Assembly (NCBI GenBank): GCA_965655095.1 | Contig: OZ296650.1 | Coordinates: forward strand, 26,040,001 to 26,104,000 | Reading direction: 5' to 3' | Length of the DNA: 64,000 bases | From: Haplodiscus bocki | Lineage: Eukaryota | In this document: piece by piece, positions 1 to 9,050 of the stretch | Layout: every line of letters starts with the position of its first letter | How positions within the stretch are numbered: the stretch's first letter is position 1 | Program-made: the position numbers and the translations under genes | The notes under the pieces: model-generated | What the model was told of the DNA's origin: nothing | The model's database searches: none | What the model saw: only the letters and a program-made list of their open reading frames with translations

Positions 1-275
1 CCGATATCATCGATTTTAGCCTTTTTTGTTTGTTTTTTGGTGTTATTAGGGCTAAATCTGTATGGCGAAAGCATATTTATATCGTTTCTATATCTTTTTA
101 TAGTAGAAGAGGACATGTTTAATTGAGATGATATCTCTGATTGTGTCATTTTAGGATTTTGACATTTAATATTCATGAAATCATTCATAAGTTTCAATTT
201 ATAATATTTAGTTAACATATTAGGATCCATTGCAGAATTTTTATTTATTTCGTTTAAAGAAGGAGTATTATTCAT
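1..275 (-). CDS. Helix-turn-helix DNA-binding protein (3' end runs off window)
   Basis: Hand translation from ATG 275: MNNTPSLNEINKNSAMDPNMLTKYYKLKLMNDFMNIKCQNPKMTQSEISSQLNMSSSTIKRYRNDINMLSPYRFSPNNTKKQTKKAKIDDI... The segment NPKMTQSEISSQLNMSSSTIKRY fits an HTH pattern (TQxEIAxxLxxSxSTIxRY). Not in the supplied ORF track because it has no stop in the window. Confidence 0.75.
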   Translation of the reverse strand, partial: MNNTPSLNEINKNSAMDPNMLTKYYKLKLMNDFMNIKCQNPKMTQSEISSQLNMSSSTIKRYRNDINMLSPYRFSPNNTKKQTKKAKIDDI

Positions 276-418
276 TTAATATTGTATAAAACAAAACATA
301 AAAATAAAAACATAATTATGACAATTAAAAATAAAAATATTTTAAAGTATTTGTTTTGTTTCATTGTGTTATCAACAAAGTTGACATATTCTTCAAGTAA
401 TTTTGTTTTAATGTTCAT
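272..418 (-). CDS. Small (48 aa) single-pass membrane protein
   Basis: MNIKTKLLEEYVNFVDNTMKQNKYFKIFLFLIVIIMFLFLCFVLYNIK*, with one hydrophobic span. Its TGA overlaps the ATG of the HTH gene (ATGA). Confidence 0.5.
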   Translation of the reverse strand: MNIKTKLLEEYVNFVDNTMKQNKYFKIFLFLIVIIMFLFLCFVLYNIK

Positions 419-423
419 TTTAA

Positions 424-930
424 ATGAATAATAATCCAGAAACATATTTGCTATCCCATAACAGATTTATTGATTATCTTGTTTTGATATTTGTAGACAA
501 AAAGAAAGCTCAGATTTATACCTTTCCTAATAAAGTAGATGAATATGATATAATTCAATACATTATTGATTTTCCTTATCAACGTTTATTTAGACCTAAT
601 AAACATCTTGAACGCTATCGTATCGGAACTCCTAAACACGAAAATTTTTTGTTCAAAATAGGCGATAAAAAATATCTACACGTCGGCGAATCTATTTTCA
701 CGTTTACAACAAATAGTAACATTAATAAATACGGTTTTAAGTATGGTTATAACGATATTAAATACCCTTTTGCATATGACAAAACAAATATTTATTATAT
801 GTTAGAGAAAAAATATGAACCTATTAATCAATATAAAAAATCTATATACAAAGACGAATATTCTTACCTGTACAGAAATAATAAAACAAACGGTAAAAAA
901 TTACAAAATTATAAACTTATTCATGAATAA
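424..930 (+). CDS. 168-aa hypothetical protein, Tyr/Lys/Ile-rich, resembling giant-virus hypothetical proteins
   Basis: Intact ORF in very AT-rich DNA with a TAAATG start. The block FLFKIGDKKYLHVGESIFTF...YGYNDIKYPFAYDKTNIYYMLE resembles, from memory, an NCLDV hypothetical family (LLxIxxxKYxxIGxxIFxF...GNNDVPYPYAxxxxNxYLLxE); not verified. Confidence 0.7.
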   Translation: MNNNPETYLLSHNRFIDYLVLIFVDKKKAQIYTFPNKVDEYDIIQYIIDFPYQRLFRPNKHLERYRIGTPKHENFLFKIGDKKYLHVGESIFTFTTNSNINKYGFKYGYNDIKYPFAYDKTNIYYMLEKKYEPINQYKKSIYKDEYSYLYRNNKTNGKKLQNYKLIHE

Positions 931-945
931 TTTTCAACATATTAA

Positions 946-1104
946 ATGACTATAACTAAAAATAAAATTAGAAAACGAAAAATTAATCTAATAATCCCAA
1001 AAAAATGTAATCATAATCTGATTATTCCAAATTATAGTAATCTTGGTTATAATCTTATAATACTAAAAAATAATGATTGTAAAATTATTATCCCAAATGT
1101 ATAA
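946..1104 (+). CDS. 52-aa basic peptide with four (N/K)(L/I)II(P/L) repeats
   Basis: MTITKNKIRKRKINLIIPKKCNHNLIIPNYSNLGYNLIILKNNDCKIIIPNV*. TAAATG start 15 bp after the previous stop. Confidence 0.45.
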   Translation: MTITKNKIRKRKINLIIPKKCNHNLIIPNYSNLGYNLIILKNNDCKIIIPNV

Positions 1105-1107
1105 AAA

Positions 1108-1568
1108 TTGTCAATTTTCTCAAAGAATATAATAGATAGAGAGCTGAATTTTTCAACGTATACTTAACTTTTAACGGGCTATCCAATGACATATCATTTG
1201 TACTTGTGGCTCAAAAATTTATAATCTCTACATGTTTAAGCTATGTCGACATATACTGTTTTTGTCAATTTTCTCTAAGAATATAATAGATACAGAGCTG
1301 AAACTTTCAGCGTGTATTTAACTTTTAACGAGCTATCGAATGGTGTATCATTTGTATATGTAGCTTAAAATTTTGTAATCTCTACATGTTTAAGGATGTC
1401 GACATATGCTGTTTTTGTCAATTTTCTCGAAGATTATAATAGATACGAGGTTGAATTTTTCAGGGTTTACTAAACTTTTAACGAGCTTTCTAACGATGTA
1501 TCATTTATATTTGTAGCTTAAAATTTTATAATCTCTACATGTTTAAGGTATGTCGACAGAGTTTTTGT
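1108..1568. repeat. Three tandem ~154-bp repeats (subterminal repeats of the virus-like element)
   Basis: Units start ttgtcaattttctc at 1108, 1262 and 1415. Shared blocks: ataatagata..gagctgaa, aactttta(a)cg, tcattt, aatctctacatgtttaag..atgtcgaca. Confidence 0.9.
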
Positions 1569-2019
1569 ATTTCTCAGAAATCGTGTTTTCGTAATAAGAT
1601 AAAAATATCCACTGGTCAACTTTCATGTCTAGCTTTTCAACCGTCTTCGAGTGAGCATTCCTGGTGGATATCCCCGTCGATCTATTCTGCTTTTTCAAGC
1701 ATTCAGACATGGACAGTTCCTCCTATAGCTTCACGGTAATGTACGACAAACGACTGGGGATACGTATTAAGCAGCGAACCCCAAACACTGCGGCATTGCC
1801 TTAACTTCATCGATGTCATTCTACAAATACCAATCTGCTATAGGAGACGAAACAGAAAAAGAAATACTAACATAAAAATACACGTGCAAGTTCATTTTAC
1901 CATTGCTGTATAATTTTGCGTTCACATAGATGTGGAAATATATATACACTCTTTCGTACAATTATATGGTGGAGAAAAACAGGTATGTTAAAAAATTTTT
2001 ATAATTATTTTTGGTACGG

Positions 2020-2144
2020 ATATAGGTGCACATAATACCAGTCAAATAATACCAGTAAAAATTATGGTAGTCAAAGTCGGTATCGGGTTTGGCTACCTTG
2101 ATTTTTTACTGGTATTATTTGACTGGTATTATCCGCACCTATAT
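2020..2144. mobile_element. Palindromic (hairpin) MITE, ~125 bp, TA-flanked
   Basis: atataggtgcacataataccagtcaaataataccagtaaaaa ... tttttactggtattatttgactggtattatccgcacctatat is a near-perfect inverted repeat. Confidence 0.8.
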
Positions 2145-3104
2145 AATTATTTCTAAATTTGAGAAAAATAATTTTCAACATACTCAAGTCGATCGAAGGA
2201 CCAGGTGCTAGTTTACACTCTGATGAAGAAAAATGCTTTGTAAGATTGTAATCTTAAAATGGAAACTAACCAAATTTTCGTGAAACGGCAACAGGGGTCG
2301 GATCAAAATTTCTAATAACGTCTAAATTCGGAACGACCATCAATTAGCCGCCAAGCAATTACACTCAAACTGACTTTAACCAAAATCAAACACTATAAAT
2401 TCAACAAACCTCATAATGCCTACAACTTTCAATTTTGTCACAAAGTGTACTATTCAACCTAACCAAAGTCTTTTCTTGGGTAGATTTCCAATCCGCTCAA
2501 AAAATCTTTATGAAGTAACTAACCTTTGAAGGAAAATCAAGTAGGCGGGAACTCCAAAACTCGAATTACTGAGTTACTTCGAATTGGTTTGAAAACAAAA
2601 AGGAACAAAATTCTCCTGAAGACAAAAATAGGTAAAGTGACCATCAATCTTTCGGTTTCCAATAATTGGGGTGACAGGTATCCACCAGATCCGACGTAAC
2701 AGGGGACCCTTGACAGAGAAAAATGGCATCGGTGCCATGATGAAAATGGGAACTACCCGGAAGTGTTTCTAAAAGGGTTATTTTTGGTAATTTAATGAAA
2801 AGTTGAGATATTTTTCTCGACGAAAAATGAAATTTTTGTTTGAGACATGTAAAACAAGTTCGATAACGGTTCTAAAAATACAACTGGCGGGGTATAAATA
2901 TCGGCGGTTTTTCGGACTAAAATCCGTAAACCGGCTTGCACTCAGACAACGACGACGACGAAGACAACAACGGACGTGCTTTTGAGAACTTTGGGGAGTC
3001 TTCTGCTATTCTTCGACGCTCTTCGTATTCCTAGTTACTCTTTTAAAAAATTTTGAAAGAAAAACTCAATTAAAACTCTTCGTTATTGTATCTCTCTTTC
3101 TTTC

Positions 3105-3108
<4 letters not shown>

Positions 3109-3140
<32 letters not shown>
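3109..3140. repeat. (TC)n microsatellite
   Basis: Uninterrupted TC run within a pyrimidine tract (3091-3149). Confidence 0.95.
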
Positions 3141-3145
<5 letters not shown>

Positions 3146-5189
3146 CTCTGGCTCTATTGGGGCAACAGAGCTATCCGTCGACAACTCGGTGCTGCGACTA
3201 TATGTAAGTTTGTAACTTTAATTCACTGAGAGTTTTCCCAAGTGCGCTTTCTGACTGATTTTTCGTGAACAGCAAAGATTCTTTGGTTCTATTCTTGCTA
3301 AACTTGTCTGCATTGGACTGAAGTTGGAATTCGAAAGTTGAGCTGGATTTCCAACTGGAGCAAAAACCTTTTTTTGCGATTAAGCAACCAATTGCTTGCT
3401 TAAAAGAAACAAAAACTGAGAGCTTTGCTGTGCGGTCTCAGTAAAAACTGAGAGAGTTAGAGTGGTTGAAAGTCTCTATTGCGTTTTTCACTAAAAACTG
3501 AGATTGTTTTTTTCAGAATACACGGTTTTTTTGAACTCGCGATTAAGTCTACCTTTCATTAGCTAAAAGTTAGATGTAAGTTAAGAAAACATAGTTGGTT
3601 GCAAGTATCCGCCCAACGTAAGTTCGACTTTGAGTTATATTTAATTACCAAGATATTGTTGTTTTTCTTTATGCCCTAGTTAGTCGAACGGCAGGACGGG
3701 ATTTTATTTTTTGCGTCACCGAAGTCCCCCTTACTATGGATCCTTCTTTTGGCCCACTGGCAATTGGGTCGTAGCAAAAGAGCTACTGTAGTCATAACTT
3801 TATTAAACCCGTTTGCCAGGGGTTTATAATTACTGAATTTATGGAGGTGTCTAAGAGTTAGAAGCATAATTTGCTCTACACCGGACGGAGATAAATTAAA
3901 AAAAAGTCCGCGTAGGTCTCGGTCCACCAGAGGCTGACTGAAAGCCATGAGCCCAGTGTCGTGAGGTACCAACGTAGCATCTCCCTGCCGCGAACCAAGC
4001 AGAACTTCCAAGGTCTGCAGTACCGGCTAATGCATGGTTGTGAACTGGACTTCTCGTTCTTATCCCTAAAGGTGCAGAGTGATTTCAGTTCTACAATTTT
4101 TGGATAGTTTTTCGCAACAGTCAATAGAGCTAAGTATTAAGTGATTATAACTGTTTTTTTTCAGCTAAGGACCAATTAGTGCCGCTTTCTGGTCTTGCCG
4201 TAGAGTAACTCCGAGAATTGCTATACCTCGGAGTGCTCTCTTAATTAACCACTTTCCACCAATGGGATTTGTGAGTATCCCAAATTTTTCGCGTCTGTAA
4301 CCCTGCACCTTAAGACTATACCCCTCCTTAGCTGATAGGTGCCAATTTTACATAAAGACAGTTTTACTAGAATAGGGCAAGCTTGGGGCAAAGTCAGAGC
4401 AATTATGAGTTCGATTGAATTTTTTGGTAATGAGAATGAATATGGCAGAAAAGGAGCAACAGTCAAAGACAATCCTTCAAGCTTTTTTTTACAAGAAACC
4501 TTTAAATCATCAGTTTCATCTCATCTAAACGACAATATTAGATAATTATTGCAAGCATTTTGCACTCTAAGGATAAAAATAATTAACTGAAGGATTGTGA
4601 GCAAAGTATTAATACTTTGAACTTTGGAAAATCTGCTTCGAATGATCGAAAGGTGACAGAAATAGAAAAAAAAAGAAATTTTGTTTTGCACGAATTGATC
4701 CTCGAAAGCTGATCAGGGGGGTGTTTTCCACAAAATCCGAACTCTATGCAAAAATCAATCAAGCTCAACACTAAAGTGCTAATTGTTCACACGTTGAAAA
4801 TTGCGGGAGCAAAGTCAAAATCCTACCATTCAAGCGCCGTTTACAAACAACAAATTGATCATTCAAAATTATGAAAAAGGAATGTTCAATTGTGTTGCCA
4901 AAACAAAACAAAACAACAAGTCCAGAAGAAATTTTCATGCGCTTTTTTGGCAATTTCGAAAATTTGAAAATATGGACTTTTTCTGGTTTCCCGAAAGCTT
5001 GGCCAACAGCCTCGCGCCATAACTTCTTTGCTGTCTCGAACTATAGTTAACAAGAAAATGAAACGACAAAACTCAAATTTTGTGTTGTATTGAAATTTGT
5101 TTCCATAATTGAACAAAATTGGTAGCCTAAAAATAAATAATGAAAATGACGAAACAGAAAACACAGAACATTATATATTTAAATTAGGC

Positions 5190-6490
5190 CTCCTCGCTTC
5201 TCATAACACTGAAAAAGGCGCCCTGGAGTTGTGCTTATCAAATGACTCCCAATCTCTGCTGTAATAAAGAGAATCAAAGATCTTCTTGGGTACATCGGCT
5301 CTATTTCCGAGGCAAGAGTTTTATTCTGACGCCTGAGGCTGTGCCAAAAATGTTCAATAGCTATGATGTCCAGGACTTTGGGGCCATTGTTACATCTGCA
5401 AATAAATCTCGCTGAAAAAGTCTCACGTGTTTTTCGCAGTTTGAGTCGTTAAACCGTCCAGCTCCAGTTTCCAACTTTCTTCAAACTAAGCAGAGTTTGT
5501 CCCATTCTGTAGAACCAGCTGTACTTTTTGTTGAAAGTAAGCTGGAGAGTGAATGCTGCACAAAGCGCGAAGTTTAGAGTTATCTTTGGTAACAGTATGT
5601 AGAGATATTGAAGTTGATCTTTGTCGAAGAAATCTTTGCAAAACTCTTAGAAAAATTCAAAAGTTAGAAACTTTAACTTATATTAGTAATAGCTCAAAAT
5701 TTAGAGAACAACAAAGTTACCCAATGTATCTAGCAAAGTGTATTACTATTCAAAGTAAAACTTGCTGCTACTTTAATCAGATTATTTGGTGGTGTCCCAT
5801 ATACCCTCAAACATAACCCCTCGGGTCGTAGGACTCTTAGGAAAGTTTATACATTGCAGTATTACAATTTGTGATTGACGTCCCGAACTCAAATGCTTCC
5901 CTATGGTTCAACAACATTCAAAAACGAATATTATTTCCTTTCCTTTGCATGTCAATCACCTTTTTTGATGAACATCAAATTTACCTTTCTAAGTATAAAT
6001 ACCCGGTGTTTTTCGCCTCTTTTCAGAACTCAATTTGTCAAACCATGCTTTCCATAGTAAAAAATTTTTGATAAGACTTCTTGTTCCGCTAGTTGAGTAG
6101 AATACCCTTTGAAGACTAATATATGCGTAGTCCAGCTCGGAACTGTAAACTTCAAAACTCAAAACTCCTTGAAATCTAAAAGCTCATAAACTGGTTTACT
6201 TCTCACTGGCCGGCGTATTCCATATCCTGCTGGAGGGTTGATGTGGTTTTGAACCGACCTTCAACAATCTCTCTCACATTGCATGTTTTCTGAGTGGCAT
6301 GAAAAAATTCGTTGAGTCGCGTGGACCAATTTTTTACGTTCCAGTGCGTTGATTCGAATGTTTGCATTAATATTATTTTCTATACGAAAGCCTAGAAATC
6401 ATTTCGTTGATCACAATATCAGTTTTAAGATACGTTGTTCTCGCTTGGACTGGCTCATTCTTTTGTCGCGATTTCTGGCTGGAAGTAAAT
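5190..6490 (-). pseudogene. Degenerate Tc1/mariner (DD34E) transposase
   Basis: Across stops and frameshifts: ELDGLTTQTAKNT*DFFSEIYLQM*QWPQSP/DIIAIEHFWHSLRRQ matches the Tc1 QQDNAPxHTAK...WPPQSPDLNPIExxW catalytic region (D-E spacing ~34). Upstream, QPEIAT..MSQS...RILK and GYGIRRPVRSKP resemble the Tc1/Tc3 HTH regions. Confidence 0.65.
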
Positions 6491-6679
6491 CTTAATTACG
6501 AAGCCGCTACAGCCAAAGAAGGGACAACAAGACGGCCGGCTAGCACCGGCATATTTTTCGCCCGAATACAAATATTTTGATCAACATTTGCAAACAGTTA
6601 AAAACGAGACTACTGTTTAAAATCTAGTTTTCGAAGGTTTTCTACAAACATCAATTCCACCAATGTTTTCTATATTTTA

Positions 6680-7165
6680 TGAAAATGAGGGGGTATCACG
6701 ACTTTCCGTTCAAAATTTTTGTCTCACGGTACCGAAAAATTTTGTTGGGGAACAATTCAGTTTATCAGAAAATTTCGATTAACGAAAAAGTTTTTTGCAT
6801 GAGAAGGGGATATCACGATTTTGTGTCGAAATTTATTGTCTCACACTACTCGAAAAATTCGTAGGAGACCCGGTCTGTGTTTCAAAAAAGTTCTTGTATC
6901 GAAAATTCCATGCATAGGAGGGGGAGAGGGGCATCATGGTTTTACCGAAAATTTTTTGTCTCACAGGGCCGAAAATTTTCGTACGGGGAACCCCTTAGTG
7001 TTTCATTAATTTGGTGTATCGAAAAGGTTTATGGATAAGAGGGGTGGGGGGGGGGGGTAGGGAGTATCAAGATTTTCCGTCGAAAATTTTTTGTCTCACA
7101 GTGCCGAAAGTTTTCGTTGGGTAACCCTTTAGTGTTTTACTAATTTCGGGTATCGAAAAATATTA
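6680..7165. repeat. ~115-130-bp minisatellite (about 4 units) inside the Helitron-like element
   Basis: Repeating gagggg..tatcacgattttccgtcgaaaattttttgtctcacagt.ccgaaaa.tttcgt.ggg.aaccc..tagtgttt. Confidence 0.85.
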
Positions 7166-7189
7166 GGGATGAATCGTAAAAATATTCGA

Positions 7190-7252
7190 CACGGCAGTGA
7201 CTCGAATCCCGAAGCTACTGCTTGAGAACCTTGTTGTCCTAAGCCTACTGCT
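7190..7252 (-). other. tRNA-derived (Glu-CTC-like) degenerate segment
   Basis: Minus strand cagtaggcttaggac..ggttctcaag..cgggattcgagtcactgcc shows A-box-like, CTC loop and B-box-like parts. Homologous to 57451-57510. Confidence 0.45.
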
Positions 7253-8516
7253 GTCATTTATTTTTGAATAAAAAGAGTTGGAAACTTTGGTCTGAAAAAA
7301 GAATAAAAGAAAAACGACCCTACTGAATGAATAATTTTTCTTGCATATTACATATGCAGCAAAAAATAATAATAACTTCATGTATTTTACGTCATTGTGT
7401 CATTAAATTACTTCTGTAAAATTTAATTTTTCATTGTTTCAGCAACTTCCCAATAAAATAAATTGTACGAGATATTTACAATTTAAATGTATTGGCGCTG
7501 TTTTTAGCTAACTGGTAACTAATTGTATCTACTAATTTTTCCAAACTTTGATGTACTCTAGGATTACTAAAACAAATTAAAGGAGCAAAAGTTACTTTTT
7601 AATTCTGAATTATGGAACTAAAACCTACGAAACTTTTGTTTCCGGGCGTTTCCAAATTATCGGTTGGACTTTAATTGCTTCAATTTTCATGTATAATCGC
7701 TGTCAAAACTAATTAAATTTCGAATTTCGATTACTGTCTTCACTCCATATCCGTTCTTTTTACTTAATTTTAATTTAAAAGCACTTGAATTAACTTCACC
7801 AAACGCAATAACCGCTAATGAAAGCCACAGAGGTGTCAACAGTTTTATTCGACTTCCTGAAATACGCAAAGATTATTTCAAAAGTTTCGTGCAGTTGTCT
7901 AGCCAAGTAATTCTAAATTGACTTAGAATAACAAGCACATCTATAGGTTGAACTCTGGCTAGCCCAACTGTCATTTTCAGAATAGGCTAACAATCCTCTT
8001 TTGTGATCTTTCGAATTTGGAAGAGAAATTATAAAAAAAAAACATTCATTGAGGAGCAGAGGACAAAATAGCCTGATATTGTTGCATTAATGGTTAATTC
8101 ACTAAAGAGAGAGTTTGGATTCATTCAACAGTCTTTCAAGAAGGGATTAGAAAGGAAATTTGCACATCTTTATAATCAGTAATTTTAACGCCATTTAATC
8201 AATGCTAAAATAGTGCCTACATACTGGCATATAATGTAGGAAAAATCTGTTTTACTTCCTAATTTGTTTATTCATTTTTCTTCTAATGAAGTGTTTTTTT
8301 ACAAACTAACGTAATTTGTATTGCTAGAGAATGTTTTTCAGACACCTATTTGTCTCCACTGAACGCTATAACGCTATTTTTGCTCAAAGTTTTCCGTGAT
8401 AAGTGTATTTTCAGATGCGTTTCCAATTGCAGAGTTTATTTTTAGAATGGCAGCAATCCACAAGCATGCTTTTTCATATTCTATAAAAATGGCCTACAAT
8501 TCAATTGAACATCAAC

Positions 8517-9050
8517 CCCGGGTTGGAAAAACATAGCTGCCATGGCATGATCATGGAGAAACATGGCCATGATCATGCCATGATGACAGCATGGCGGCCT
8601 GTTTCTTGATATGGTCGCCATAATTCATGGCATGATCATGATATGATTACCATGTTTTCCATGATTCATGGTATGATCACTTTATTTGCTCTTTCTTTAA
8701 ATACCAAAAAAAACGAAATTTTTTCTTCAAATAGTTACTGCTAAATACCATTACATGGCACATTTGACTGGCCTTATTCGAAAGTATGCCTCCAACCTGC
8801 CGAGTCAGTAAATTTCAACGAAGATTACTCCTGAAAAGCTGGGAGGTTTCTTCCATGGTTGAGAAAGCTACTCCATATTTAACACTAATTTCGACATAAC
8901 ATATGCATTACGGTTTTCCGCTATTTTTGATAATTCCGAAATTTTGGGAAAGAGATCCAGTCTAGTACAAGTCTTTCGGGTAGTTTTTGATCGGTTTTTT
9001 ATATTTTAACATATTCCTTGCTAAAAATTAACGGGAATTAATTCCTTGCA
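8517..9050. mobile_element. Fragment of a CCC(G/A)G-terminated, CATG-rich non-autonomous DNA element (CMC/EnSpm-like)
   Basis: Starts cccgggttgg followed by dense catg/catgatcatg repeats. Reverse-complement homologue of 52510-52788. A related end lies at ~9799-9940. Confidence 0.55.

Larger units (their letters stand above)
1..1598. mobile_element. Right end of an endogenous virus-like / Polinton(Maverick)-like element (left part outside window)
   Basis: Much more AT-rich than the rest of the window. Four intronless ORFs abut or overlap, each starting TAAATG/TAAAATG, followed by subterminal tandem repeats and an abrupt change of character after ...tcgtgttttcgtaataag (~1598). No hallmark gene (pPolB, capsid, ATPase, integrase) is in view, so the class is inferred. 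Confidence 0.55.
6527..7375 (-). mobile_element. Non-autonomous Helitron-like element with internal satellite and tRNA-like segment
   Basis: The minus-strand end has a GC hairpin plus a CTRR-like terminus (gccggtgctagccggccgtcttgt); the other end is ttattattattttt. Related termini occur at 11755, 38950 and 41928. Confidence 0.6.

Noticed and set aside
7190-7252. Functional tRNA genes (also 50821-50880 and 57451-57510)
   Set aside because: Stems do not pair into a cloverleaf; they are embedded in repeats, so treated as tRNA-derived.
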